Origin: Ylistrum balloti
Lineage: Eukaryota
DNA: 64,000 bases
Reading direction: 5' to 3'
NCBI RefSeq assembly: GCF_031769215.1
Contig: NW_026782651.1
Coordinates: 186,001 to 250,000 of the forward strand
Shown: piece after piece, positions 23,889 to 38,400 of the stretch
Numbering within the stretch: position 1 is the first letter of the stretch
How the letters are laid out: every line of letters starts with the position of its first letter
Translations under genes and position numbers: made by a program
Notes under the pieces: generated by a model
What the model saw: the letters and a program-made list of their open reading frames with translations, nothing else
What the model was told of the DNA's origin: nothing
Database searches by the model: none

Positions 23889-24923
23889 GTTGGTCTTCAC
23901 AAATATAATGTGTAAACTCACTATGAAGAATGTTATCTGTCAATGGGGCGAAGTAGGAGAGCATTGCATAAACTCGGACAAGATAAACCACTCTGTTATT
24001 CCATAACAGTATTCATTTATTCATTGTTCTTTGAGTTTCCATATCTCAGTACAGAATACTTAACAAGGTACTGCCATTTTTTTTATCGTTATCCAAAATC
24101 ATGTGTTTACATATAGGAATCATATAACATAGAATATAAATATAACACAAATAGTTTCTGCTTACTTCTTTTGTGGTTTTCTGAGGATTTTTAAAATTTT
24201 CGTTTGAAGGCCTATGCTATGTAAAAATGTATGTGATAACCTTTTGACGTGATAAATTTGAATGAGTTGTTTCGAAATTGTTGAATGATACATCAACTTT
24301 ATCGTAATATTTGTTTATTTGATGTCTTTTTAAAACAAGTTTTAGTTTTTGTAGTCTCTTCGACTTGACTCGATCCTCAGACAACGTAGAGAACACCAAA
24401 AGTCAACAAATCGTAGCTTAAACTCACTGATTAAAGTAAGGTAAGATATACCCCTGAATGGGGAGAATAAGACCATTTCTCGTGTTTTTAAGTTTTAAGA
24501 AAGTAAATATTCACTGATTCAACATGATAATATCTTCGTGGATTCCATATTTGACACGAAACACTATAACCCGGTATATGGACAGGTGACCTCAGGTTAA
24601 GTTCACATAGAGCAATGCACATCGATGTCAACAATTAAACAATGACATTTCAACAGAGTATTTGTTTAAACTCCAAACCGATGAAACCAAGGCAGCATTT
24701 GACCAAACGACAGATTTCGCTGTAATTTTTTATTAAAAAAAACAATAAAAGCAAAATAAGGTCAGGAATCCGAAAACGTAAAACGTCTTCTGTAGCGTCG
24801 TCATATAGGTCAATTAGGGTATGTAATGTCAAGCTCTCAAAATGAGAGCCAGGTCAACCACAACGACACCAAAACAAATCACAAGTAACATAATACTGAT
24901 CAGCAGCAGATGTTTATTTACAT

Positions 24924-27900
24924 TTATAATAGATTTACAAGATGGCCGCTGAAACTTGGAAACTCTCTCTTTCCACCAAGGAGAATGGTGCCATTAGCTC
25001 CGTGGAGTTGACGGACCCATACTTGTTGTCCAACCTGGCATTCTAACACCACTACCTGCGTCGCCTGGTCCAAACCAGGCGGGTTGGCATGGAAACGTCC
25101 AACTTGAACGAAGTCCATGACCATTTCACAGTCTATAGTATCATTAGATTTGGACGGAATAGTGGAGGCAAATTGGTAGATCCCGTGTTGTGGACACGTG
25201 AAGCGGCCATTACTGACATTGTACCCTGCACCTTGGTTGGTCTGAATGTGGTGGAAGATTACTGTCTGTTGGTCTTGAAGTTGGGTATTTGGTCTAGCCA
25301 CCCGCGCATCAAAACCGATGTCTGGACCAGTTACACGTCTCACTAGCATGAAAAGAGACAACAGTGCAAGAAAGTCTTGGAATAGATAATGAAAGATATT
25401 CAAATTAATAGAAAGACGCAGTTTGGTATTAGTGTTTGTTGTTGTTTGGCAACTGGCACAATTTAGGCAACAAATTGAAATCAGCAAAGTGCTGACCCTT
25501 GTAATTTCTAAATATTGCGAAATCTTTATTGCTTCTACGATTCGATTGACTTATGTGTTGACATAACTCAACATTGTAATGAGATGTAAAAATAAATTGA
25601 AAAAAAAACATACAGTATTGATTAATAGCGCTTATTCATCTCACCTTTGACTTTTGACATAACTTTGAATTCATTAGATGTGCAAATGAAAAGTATGCAA
25701 TATTGATTGATAATGGTGACTTATTTGACCTGTGACCTTTGATGACATAAAGACATATACACATACCTTTGACATAACTTTACATTTTAATGAGACATGT
25801 AATTGAAAGCATATATTATTGACACTGCTGGTAGACTTTAAGTCCCCGGAGTTTGCTTCATCCTGCATGCCACGTTTTAATTCATTCGAATAGGGGCACG
25901 GTTCAGAATATACACATGTACTTGACGCTGTTCTAAAATTATCTGATGAATGAAAGTTACGAAATCTGTTAATTCTGGGACTGTTGTATCACCCTGTCTA
26001 TATTTTGACTTTTCTTTCTATCACTTTGGATTTTCCTCAGTAGCCTCCTAGGCTTCTAACTTTCAAGCATTAGGCCTCCCTTAACATAATGAGTCCTAGT
26101 AGTATGTATATTTGTTACACAATTTTAATTATATAAAATTGACATCCATTGATTACCAATATACCAGTGTCCTTTATAGACTTTTAAAATGCTATTTTTA
26201 ACCCCCATGTAAAACGACTGAATTCTGCTAGTTTTCATATATTGGAGTTTTTCTCTTTCTTTGGAGGAATATTGATATCATCACTTCTGTTTATGTCATA
26301 ATCCTCCCTTGCCTTATCCCCATATTCGTCTGTCTTATCCTCTCTTATATCAGGTCGATTGTCCCATTCTGACATACCTTACCTGGTGTCCATAACTTGT
26401 CACTACGGCTATACGGTATGGAAATGGAAAGATTGGTTTTAACATTAACAAGAATTTATGGATTTTGGTGACTACCTATTGACCTGTATCATACACCTGC
26501 TGTGTAATCATGTGTGGAATTAAATAATTTGATATGCAACCTCCAATGACATATAAAGCTGTGCGAATTAAATGCCATTGCAATATCCACAGCCAATACT
26601 AGTACCAGGATCATAGGAATGGATGTTACGGAGATCTTTACAACAATCAAGAGTAGGCAGGAAAGAAATGATTGATTTATCACACTAAGTATCTGTTTTC
26701 TTATGTAATTATTGCCCGATCTATCGGTCACGTGATTCCGACCGTTTATCCCTATAGGCTCCTTGTTTCCTTTGCGATTCCATGGATCTGACCCTGGAAA
26801 TCGTCAAATCAATTGTATGTTTTTTGGTGCAGAACAAGGATATTTGGTTAGAGGGGTGCATTTTTAAGAACTGTTTTCTGAAATTGTGTCCTGCCCCCAT
26901 CTATTCCCCGGATCTGTAAATGGCTAAGTTTACTCGACGTCCTGAACACTTGTGCTTGCTGTACTTTATGATTTTATGACGAGTCCTACCTCTTTCATTT
27001 TCCAGACTTGCATCAAGTTTGTCTGCTCGAAGCTTGATATCTTCCAGCTGAATTTCATTAGCGTGAGCAGAATAGTCCACATTAGCTGCCAAAGTCTCCA
27101 GAAAGGCTAAAGTTTACATAAAACAACAGAGATACACAACAAGTTACAGGCCATCATATGAGTTGATTTCAGTTTTATTTATTTATGTATTGGTATTGGA
27201 ATAACACATTTTTCATCCATTTTTTTCAATATTCTAAGTACATATAGTTCAATAAGATTGGAAATCTCTTGTTTGCAGTTGCACATAGAATAATTTGTAT
27301 GAAATCTCTTGTTTGCAGTTGCACATAGAATAATTTGTATGCTCAAAGTCTATATATTAATCATAAACTATAAAAAACAGCCTTGACAGAATATGATTTA
27401 GATAAACAAAACAATATCAGAGAATCATTTCCTACACAGCATGATATTGCAGGTTCTACATCAGTTCTAAAACATGTCATCTACAGAGTAACTGTAGACA
27501 CTCAAATTTCAAAAACAAAACCATAATAGTACAGTATGTTAGGTAAGCTTGATTAATACAGTTTGTGGTATCTCAAACCTTATGTGGAAAGTGCAAATGA
27601 GGCATAAGTGGTTTTTCGAACATCTGTAATTATATGGCAGTAAAAATCTATATTATAGGAATTTGAAATGCAGATTTGATTTGTAAGAAATGATAGACAG
27701 GATATTTAATCATTTTCCGTTTATTATCATTGATATTTCACAGTATGACTGAATTTCTATATTTCATAAGCGTGAAAAATGAAGATGTGTTATATTATAC
27801 AAGTAAAATATCTCTGATATTTACATGTAACAGGAACCCATTACTGTTCTTTTCTTCATCTTCTGATGTAATCATGTACATGTGCAAGAATGGATTACAA

Positions 27901-28298
27901 TTATTGTATATGCTATATTATACAAAAGTGGAATGAAGTTATCATGTCCCTTGTGAAAACAGTTGATAAGAGTATTTTTTTATCTCTGTTTTATGTATAG
28001 GTTTTTGTACTCGGCACGTTTCAATTTAACATTATGTGACGTCACAAGAAATCCTGACGTCATCATATGCATGACAAATTGGAAGCACGTCTGTAGAATA
28101 TTTCTGTCTTTGCAATCGCAGTTGTAATGTGTCATCTAATACATTTCAATTAAATATAATATAGATATAAAAAGTTTGGGCGTATATTGCTATGGTTTGC
28201 TCACCAATACGATTGTCGATATCATCTGCTGCTGTCAGCTGTCCATAGCCGAGAATGAATACAGTATAAATTATGCCGAACGTCACAAAGAACGCCAT
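24924..28298 (-). CDS. C1qDC-3: secreted C1q-domain protein (signal peptide, coiled coil, gC1q), 209 aa, intact
   Basis: Exons 28298-28205 (MAFFVTFGIIYTVFILGYGQLTAADDIDNRI), 27106-26990 (AFLETLAANVDYSAHANEIQLEDIKLR...) and 25342-24924 (VRRVTGPDIGFDARV...FTCPQHGIYQFASTI...FSGHLVNLL). Introns are phase 1 and GT-AG; total 630 nt. Confidence 0.85.
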
Positions 28299-29137
28299 GT
28301 TTGTCTGCATAAGATTGATATGTTTACTTGGCGAAACTATCAAGAAGGCTTATCTATATAATCTGTAATGTGTGCGCGCATTGTATGGAATAAGAGAAGA
28401 TAAAGGCATACCAAAGATAGCTAGGTACTGTTACCGTATTGTCTACCAAACGTCTTCGATATTTGTATGTTAACATAAACCAGAAATATAACTTACCACG
28501 GTGTGTTTAAACTTTATATCTATTGGTTGATGGAGGTTAAACATCGAGTGTATAATGTATATTGTACATACAAAATGGGTTTTTAATTTATTAAGACCCG
28601 AGCATTTACGAGTTTGTTTTTTTGTTTTGTTTTTTTTGTTTTTTTTTTTTTCTTGTTTGTTTGAAAATTATGGGTTACTTTTTCTGTCACCACTGTGATT
28701 TCATTGAGAAATCTATCTCTATTTCTTCATGCGATATGAAACTGGGCGTGTTTGATACTCGTTAGTTAATTTGTTGGTTCCATTTTTTATACCTTGTCCT
28801 TATTTCAGAACGTGACATTACTTTCTTGGAGTGTCAAAGATTTGCATGACGGGGATCGTCGTAAATCTTTCTTTTCTTCCTATTTTGCCCTTGTTTTATT
28901 GAATTAGAGTTTGGATTATGCTTATGCTGACAAGTTGACATTTTCTTTTTGTACTTGTTTGTGAAAATGCCACGCTTATATGAAACATATGTCTTTGATC
29001 GATTGATTAGGAACAGCACAATCCATGTTTCTCCAGTATACATGTTGCATTTAGCACCAAGTACAACAGGTATTACCAAATATTCTGACTCGGTCAACAC
29101 AAAATAAAACAAGAAACTGGTTACAGGACAGGTTTTA

Positions 29138-32100
29138 TTACATTAGAGATATAAGATGACCACTAAAACTTGGGAGATAAGTGACTCCAATGAGGGTAGC
29201 AGTGTCGTTAGCCCTATGGAGATGACGGATCCATACCTGTTGTCCGACTCGACACTCAACTACCACTACTTGTGTTGCCTGGTCAACGCCCTTTGTGTTT
29301 GCATGAAGGCGTCCAATCTGGATCCTATCCCTGACCATTTCACAGTCTATGGTACCTAACGCTTTGGATGGAATACTAGTAGTCGAGGCAAACTGATATA
29401 TTCCATGTTGTGGACACGTGAAGCGGCCGGTCGTGACATTGTACCCTGCACCTTGGTTGGTCTGTACGTGGTTGAAGATTACTGTCTGATGATCAGTAAG
29501 TTGGAATTTAGCACCGTGAAATCGAGCATCGAAACCAATATTTGGAACAGCTTGTTGTTTCGCTAGTGATAAAAACCGGTAGGACATACAATGAACAAAA
29601 ACTGAAATTGAATTATCAGAAATAAGAATGCGACATATCTTGAAACAATGACCTTCTTAACAAGACAGAAACATTTAAGTTAAGTGACGAATTTGAAATC
29701 AATACGAAGGAAACCATTACTTTAAATAGCTTTTATATCGTTGACAATAAGGTATCTCGTAGCTTATGTCTACGTTGGTCATCTTGTTCAAGAACAAATA
29801 CGTTAGTTACGTCCTATACAAAATACATGGTCCTGAAACTAGGACTTTTCCACAAACATGAAGCCATTTGTTCAAAGTTATATTGTTAAACGTATCGCTA
29901 TTAAATTTTACAACAGATCGACTGACTCGGATTCAATAAATTGCATGATGTCATTATTTGGCTTTCTTGTGGCTTATACAAAATTGAAATGAAAATGTAC
30001 TACCTTCTTATGTGCCTATTAGGAATTATTTGCAAGAGGAAGACCAGTATCTCTCTATATATCTTTTAGTTTGCAAAATGAATGATTTGCATTTGTTAAA
30101 ACATCAGTTAATTTACTCATTTGTGATGATGTTTTCAGTAAGGCACAATGTATATCTACTGGTTATAAACAAACCTTATCATTCATAAATACCAATTAAT
30201 TAAAATGAATTAGTTTGTAGTATGATAAATGACTTCATTACGTTGCCCCTTCAGGACAATTTTTTCCGAACCTTTTTTTTCGAGGAAGTCTATACTGCTT
30301 TTTGTTGTTTTTTTAATAATGCATCCATTTAAACTTTTACCGTAGATTATGCTAACCAATTTTACCCTTTACTCCATCCAGCCTTGAACTACCTTGCAAT
30401 GTATGTGCTCGTAGCTTCAGTTTTTCCAGCCAAACTTCATTAGAGTTAGTGGAAGATATAACGTTAGCTGCCAATTTCTCAAGATCACCTAAAGTAGATC
30501 AATAGTAAAATAGATCAATAGTAAAATAAATCAATAGTAAATAGATCAATGGTAAAGTAAATCAATTGTAAAATAAATCAATAGTAAAATATATCAATAG
30601 TAAAATAGATCAATAGTAAAATAGATCAATAGTAAATAAATCAATAGTAAAATAAATCAATAGTAAAATAAATCAATAGTAAAATAGATCAATAGTAAAA
30701 TAAATCAATAGTAAAATATATCAATAGTAAAATAGATCAATAGTAAAATAAATCAATAGTAAAATATATCAATAGTAAAATAGATCAATAGTAAAATAAA
30801 TCAATAGTAAAATAGATCAATAGTAAATAAATCAATAGTAAAATAAATCAATAGTAAAATATATCAATAGTAAAATATATCAATAGTTAAATAGATCAAT
30901 AGTAAAATAGATCAATAGTAAAATAAATCAATAGTAAAATAAATCAATAGTAAAATAGATCAATAGTAAAATAAATCAATAGTAAAATATATCAATAGTA
31001 AAATAGATCAATAGTAAAATAAATCAATAGTAAAATATATCAACAGTAAAATAGATCAATAGTAAATAGATCAATAGTAAATAGATCAATAGTAAAACAG
31101 ATCAATAGTAAAATAGATCAATAGTAAATAAATCAATAGTAAAATAAATCAATAGTAAAATAGATCAATAGTAAATAGATCAATAGTAAATAGATCAATA
31201 GTAAAATAGATCAATAGTAAAATAGATCAATAGTAAATAAATCAATAGTAAATAGATCAATGGTAAAGTAAATCAATTGTAAAATAAATCAATAGTAAAA
31301 TATATCAATAGTAAAATAGATCAATAGTAAAATAAATCAATAGTAAAATAGATCAATAGTAAATAAATCAATAGTAAAATAAATCAATAGTAAAATATAT
31401 CAATAGTAAAATATATCAATAGTAAAATAGATCAATAGTAAAATAGATCAATAGTAAAATAAATCAATAGTAAAATAAATCAATAGTAAAATAGATCAAT
31501 AGTAAAATAAATCAATAGTAAAATATATCAATAGTAAAATAGATCAATAGTAAAATAAATCAATAGTAAAATATATCAACAGTAAAATAGATCAATAGTA
31601 AATAGATCAATAGTAAATAGATCAATAGTAAAACAGATCAATAGTAAAATAGATCAATAGTAAATAAATCAATAGTAAAATAAATCAATAGTAAAATAGA
31701 TCAATAGTAAATAGATCAATAGTAAATAGATCAATAGTAAAATAGATCAATAGTAAAATAGATCAATAGTAAAATATATCAATAGTAAATAAATCAATAG
31801 TAAATAGATCAATAGTAAATAGATCAATAGTAAAATAGATCAATAGTAAAATAGATCAATAGTAAATAAATCAATAGTAAAATATATCAATAGTAAAATA
31901 GATCAATAGTAAATAGATCAATAGTAAATAAATCAATAGTAAATAGATCAATAGTAAAATAGATCAATAGTAAAATAAATCAATAGTAAAATATATCAAT
32001 AGTAAAATATATCAATAGTAAATAAATCAATAGTAAATAGATCAATAGTAAATAGATCAATAGTAAAATAGATCAATAGTAAAATAGATCAATAGTAAAT

Positions 32101-33136
32101 AAATCAATAGTAAAATATATCAATAGTAAAATAGATCAATAGTAAATAGATCAATAGTAAATAAATCAATAGTAAATAGATCAATAGTAAAATAGATCAA
32201 TAGTAAAATAAATCAATAGTAAAATATATCAATAGTAAAATAGATCAATAGTAAAATAGATCAATAGTAAAATAAATCAATAGTAAAATAAATCAATAGT
32301 AAATAGATCAATAGTAAAATATATCAATAGTAAAATAGATCAATAGTAAAATAGATCAATAGTAAAATATATCAATAGTAAAATAAATCAATAGTAAAAT
32401 AAATCAATAGTAAAATATATCAATAGTAAAATAGATCAATAGTAAAATAGATCAAAAGTAAAATAAATCAATAGTAAAATAGATCAATGGTAAAATAAAT
32501 CAATAGTAAAATAAATCAATAGTAAATATATCAATAGTTAAATAAATAGGCCAAAATACGATAACTACTCGTCGATCCAGACATTAATATTGATAAAATA
32601 AGTAAGCACTCTCCAATTTGCCAGCCCCGTCCCCTTTTTCGGGTGGATGGGAGGGATCTGATATAACTTGTAACACTTATGGGGATTTCATCATAGGTAA
32701 TCACGATTTTAGGATTGTCTGGACTAAGAATTGTTTTGACTTACATTTATAAACATCGTTAATATGTGCATGTTTACTCTGTCTAGTGCAGAAATAATAC
32801 ATCATACCATTTACTGACAATAGAAACAAATGATAATGCATTTACTTAAAATCATTATATTTGTATTACATACATATTGTTGTAATATAACACAATATTC
32901 GAGCGCAGCATTGACTAGATGACTTATTGTGACGTCACAAGTCACCAATTATGCAACTAGTGATGTATTGATTGATTTATACACTTAACTCTATTGACTA
33001 TATAATATAAAATCGTTTGAGATAATTCTGAGAGTTACTCACCAACGCGAGTGTCTATTTCTCCTTCTGCTGTTACTTGTCAATAGCCGAAAACAAGTAT
33101 TGTATAGAAAATACCACAGGTCAAAGAGAGCGCCAT
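29138..33136 (-). pseudogene. C1qDC-4: paralog of C1qDC-3 with one premature stop in the signal-peptide exon
   Basis: Exon 1 33136-33043 (94 nt, the same length as in C1qDC-3) reads MALSLTCGIFYTILVFGY*QVTAEGEIDTRV, with TGA at 33082-33080 where the paralog has GGA. Exon 2 30488-~30366 (GDLEKLAANVISSTNSNEVWLEKLKLR; the donor could alternatively be at 30393) and C1q exon 29562-29138 are open. Confidence 0.8.
30495..32546. repeat. 15-16-bp AT-rich tandem repeat (AATAGTAAAATAGATC) in intron 1 of C1qDC-4
   Basis: About 2 kb of aatagtaaa(a)ta[g/a/t]atc units with internal block duplications. Confidence 0.97.
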
Positions 33137-34167
33137 GTTTACGTACAAACGTTATATATATGTTGATGTTACTTATCTTTGTATATCCGGTGTTTGTGTC
33201 GCATACACCGTCAGACAAGATAAATATGACATCGTCAAGTATTACTGCTAAACTAAAACCCTTTTATTTCATTTCGATATTTTGAATCACACCTTTGAAC
33301 ACATATTCAGTAAATAGAATAGCGAATAATGAAATGTTGTAAAAGTAGTCATAAACCATAGACCGTTCTATAAATTCTATTATATATGCTTATCACATCA
33401 AGCAATATAATGAAATTTTAACCAAAAAAACAAACTTTAGGTAAATAAGATGAAAAATCAAACGGAAGGCGTTGAATTATTAATGGGGAATTACAGGTTT
33501 GCATTCACACGATTAATAAATGTCGGACCTCGTTATTTCGAAGTCGGCGGGCGCGTAGGGAAAATTATTCGATTAAACGACGTCGAAAATTAGGTGTGAA
33601 GTTCGGCCGGGACTTCGAGTTCGAGACAAGACAAGAACCAGTGTAATGTTATTAATGAGGAGACAGGTAACAATACGATCTATCTAACACGCTGGAAAGA
33701 GAAATACTATGTCAATGTTAAATTGTTTATATAAATAACATTGGAATATAGGATTTCTGCAATGTTTGACAAGAGGTCGTGTTTAGATCGTAGAACTTCA
33801 CCTTAAGTTTGTACAGGTTGTTTGGGCAGTAATTCTAAAGAGGAAATATCACTGGATTTAATTTATTGTTCTAAATGAAAATAATAATTTACGAACTTCG
33901 TGACAAAATGTTACTGCCAATTGCAAATTGCGAAGCCTGTTTGTGTTATCGGGTGTTTATTCCAAGTAACTTGTTAAAACGAAATAACAGTTCACATTCA
34001 TATTTCCCTACAGACAAAATAGTTAGTTCCGACATTAGTTTGGAGTACAGTGTACAGCGAGTTGCATTTTCAGAGGATGTAAGATCGGATGGTATCACTT
34101 AAACAAGAAGTACGTCGATATTAATCTCTTCGCAGAAACCTAGAACCGTAATGAACATCGTTTTGTT

Positions 34168-35137
34168 CTAAAGCAACACTTGTCGCACCAATCCTATAAG
34201 TATACATAGCTGTAACATCTAACTAGGTAGCGACTAAAGCAACACTTGCCGCGCCAATCCTATAAGTATACATAGCTGTAACATCTAACTAGGTAGCGAC
34301 TAAAGCAACACTTGTATCAATCCTATAAGTATACATAGCTGTAACATCTAACTAGGTAGCGACTAAAGCAACACTTGTCGTATCAATCCTATAAGTATAC
34401 ATAGCAGTAACATCTAACTAGGTAGCGACTAAAGCAACACTTGTATCAATCCTATAAGTATACATAGCTGTAACATCTAACTAGGTAGCGACTAAAGCAA
34501 CACTTGTATCAATCCTATAAGTATACATAGCTGTAACATCTAACTAGGTAGCGACTAAAGCAACACTTGTATCAATCCTATAAGTATACATAGCTGTAAC
34601 ATCTAACTAGGTAGCGACTAAAGCAACACTTGTATCAATCCTATAAGTATACATAGCTGTAACATCTAACTAGGTAGCGACTAAAGCAACACTCATCGCA
34701 CCAATCCTATAAGTATACATAGCTGTAACATCTAACTAGGTAGCGACTAAAGCAACACTTGTATCAATCCTATAAGTATACATAGCTGTAACATCTAACT
34801 AGGTAGCGACTAAAGCAACACTTGTATCAATCCTATAAGTATACATAGCTGTAACATCTAACTAGGTAGCGACTAAAGCAACACTTGTATCAATCCTATA
34901 AGTATACATAGCTGTAACATCTAACTAGGTAGCGACTAAAGCAACACTCATCGCACCAATCCTATAAGTATACATAGCTGTAACATCTAACTAGGTAGCG
35001 ACTAAAGCAACACTTGTCGTATCAATCCTATAAGTATACATAGCTGTAACATCTAACTAGGTAGCGACTAAAGCAACACTCATCGCACCAATCCTATAAG
35101 TATACATAGCTGTAACATCTAACTAGGTAGCGACTAC
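34168..35137. repeat. 63/66-bp tandem repeat (~15 copies)
   Basis: Unit actaaagcaacacttgtatcaatcctataagtatacatagctgtaacatctaactaggtagcg, with a variable tgt/tgtcgt/catcgcac segment. Confidence 0.95.
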
Positions 35138-35496
35138 GCATTAGTTTTCAGACTTTCACATGAGTTAAATTCAGCATCCATAACGTACATCCTGTAGAAC
35201 GATTTTGTTGTTGCATAGCTCGTGCAGATATGAGCCATGCGACACTCAGAATTTCCAGAATATATAGAGCGGAATTCTCCTTAACTGGGGGTACGTTCAT
35301 GCGGACGGAATCGACATCCCCTGCCAGTTAATGGTTATATGTGTTTCGCAGATGTAATAGTAAAGTAGATGACAAAAATTTGAATTTGAAACAAAAAAAA
35401 TAGATAAATAAAGCAACATAGAAAAGACCTCGACACAAATTATCAACAATACTTCTCTGTTTTGTTGTTTTATTTTTCGTCTTTTTTACAAAAAAA

Positions 35497-38400
35497 CTAG
35501 TACATTTGAATAAGATGGCCGGAGAATGTACAGAATCCTCCCGGTAGTCCGAAACGAGAGTGTGTAGCCTGTCGGATCAATACACGCTGACCCTTATTGC
35601 AGTGGGCCACAGCCACCTGTGTTCCCATGTCATACTCGTACAGAGTGGCATGGACGTATGCGATTTCGGTAGACTCCATCATCATCTACAAAACATATAT
35701 CATACTATTATAATATGAATTGGCCGATGACCACGTGATCAAGTTGTAGATATATCTTAACAGTGATACAGGTATGAAGCTAAATATTCAACAGCAAGAT
35801 ATCTTCCCTATTGCAAGTGTCGACATCTGAAAAGGTCTGCACAATGCTATTTATCTCAAGACATTCTACTAATTGTTCAAATATAATTTTGGTTTTCTAT
35901 ATTTATCATCTTGAAAACATACTTCATTTTACACTTTTTGTCAAATTTTCAAAATAATTATTTGATCACGATGAAGGTTAGTGGTATAGTTCACACCGTT
36001 TGATGTACTTCTTGACCAGATCATTTGCATAACCTCAGTTTTGACAGAAGATTTTTTATTTGTTAGGTATAATATTTCTGACGTCAATCCCTATAAACCA
36101 TCGACTAATTTACTTGTCCGTATGTCTTCAAATGACGACTTTGAAATTTATTCAAACATTTAACTATAGAAAGTGGATTTCAAACATCAAATGATATTGA
36201 AATGTGTATCAGTACAACAGAAATGTATAAGGTATATATCGTTTACCTGGAAATTGAGATTGTGATGTTCTCCGGCAGATACTATTGTAGTTGCAAACTC
36301 GTATAGTCCGGTGAGGGGGCAAGTAAACACCCCGGTATTATTGTTGTAGGCGTTCTGTACGTTTACAGTGGCATCCTCGAACACTATAGTCTGGTGAAGG
36401 GTTATGCTGGTCAGGTTCTGTTGTCGAGTAGCAAAGAATGCTACGACAGGAGTGGCTGTCACTCTTTTGTCAACTGTTCAAAAATATTAGTGAAATGTCA
36501 GTATTTATCAAGAACATTTAAAAATTGATTTCGAGGTTGAGATACCGGGTGATATTATCAGGCATGCGGAGGTGTACATCTATATATATTTGTCAATACA
36601 GCTGCCGTAATAGAAACGGTTTTGAACAAGTTTGAAAACAACATATTCTTGTTCAAGCTCTTTGTGAGACACATCGGAAGATGAGACATCCCTGATTTGT
36701 TTCTGTGATACAGAGTATTCTCGTGAGATTTTTGTCTTGCTTTTATATATAAAGCCGAGTAAAGAAGATGAGGATAACTGCAGAAGTTCTAATGAACCGT
36801 TCTTCTGATTTGATCTCGCCTTGAACATTTAAATGAAATGCAAAAACTGAACGAATATAATCAATTCATTACAATCATAATAAACATGGTCTGGAACCCA
36901 TTTCATTTACCTGTTAAAGCATTCTTCAGTGTGTCTTCCGAACGTTGCACCGTCTCTAACTGTTGTTTCAGCTTCTGTATGACCTTGTTCTGATGCACGG
37001 TCTTAGTCTGAACCTCCCCAAGCATCTGTTCTAAAGCGTCTGAAAGAATACCACGGACTCGAAGACAAGTATGTACATGTTGTGGTCAAAAATTTGGAAA
37101 TGGAAAAGGGATTCATGAAAAATAGTAGGGAATGGTCCAATATAAGGTTACAAACATAATCTAAATGCTACCTGTGTATAGATCTGTTTGCCATATTACA
37201 ATACAATCATATTTTACAGGAGAATTTCAGAGCATCTTTACATTCGTGTATGAGGAAATTCAAAACTGTTCATTATGTGAAGAAAAATGTTGCAACAAAA
37301 AACTTTTTGTCAGAACTACTAACTGGTATCAGTACGACGAGTGGCATAAACTGGTATCAGTACGACAGTGTTAGAGTGGCATAAACTGGTGATGTTTGAA
37401 CTACAAACTGGTATCAGTACGACGGTGTAAGAGTGGCATAAACTGGTATCAGTACGACGGTGTTATAGTGGCATAAACTGGTGTTGTTAGAACTACAAAC
37501 TGGTATCAGTACGACGGTGTTAGAGTGGCATAAACTGGTGTTGTTAGGACTACAAACTGGTATCAGTACGACGGTGTTAGAGTGGCATAAACTGGTGTTG
37601 TCAGAACTACAAACTGGTATCAGTACGACGGTGTTAGAGTAGCATAAACTGGTATAAGTACGACGGTGTTAGAGTGGCATAAAATGGTGTTCTTAGAACT
37701 ACAAATTGATATCAGTACGACGTTGTTAGAGTGGCATAAACTGGTATCAGTACGACAATGTTAGAGTGGCATAAACTTGTGTTGTTTGAACTACAAACTG
37801 GTATCAGTACGACAGTGTTAGAGTGACATAAACTGGTATCAGTACGACAGTGTTAGAGTGACATAAACTATGTTGTTAGAACTACAAACTGGTATCAGTA
37901 CGACGGTGTTAGAGTGGCATAAACTGGTATCAGTACGACAGTGTTAGAGTGGCATAAACTGGTGTTGTTAGAACTACAAACTGGTATCAGTACGACAGTG
38001 TTAGAGCGGCATAAACTGGTATCAGTACGACAGTGTTAGAGTGGCATAAACTGGTATCAGTACGACAGTGTTAGAGTGGCATAAACTGGTGTTGTTAGAA
38101 CTACAAACTGGTATCAGTACGACGGTGTTAGAGTGGCATAAACTGGCATCAGTACGACAGTGTTAGAGTGGCATAAACTGGTGTTGTTAGAACTACAAAC
38201 TGGTATCAGTACGACAGTGTTAGAGCGGCATAAACTGGTATCAGTACGACAGTGTTAGAGTAGCATAAACTGGTATCAGTACGACAGTGTTAGAGTGGCA
38301 TAAACTGGTGTTGTTAGAACTACAAACTGGTATCAGTACGACGGTGTTAGAGTGGCATAAACTGGTATCAGTACGACAGTGTTAGAGTGGCATAAACTTG

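Noticed and set aside
27260-27340. 40-bp direct duplication (gaaatctcttgtttgcagttgcacatagaataatttgtat x2)
   Set aside because: Simple local slippage duplication in an intron with no further structure.
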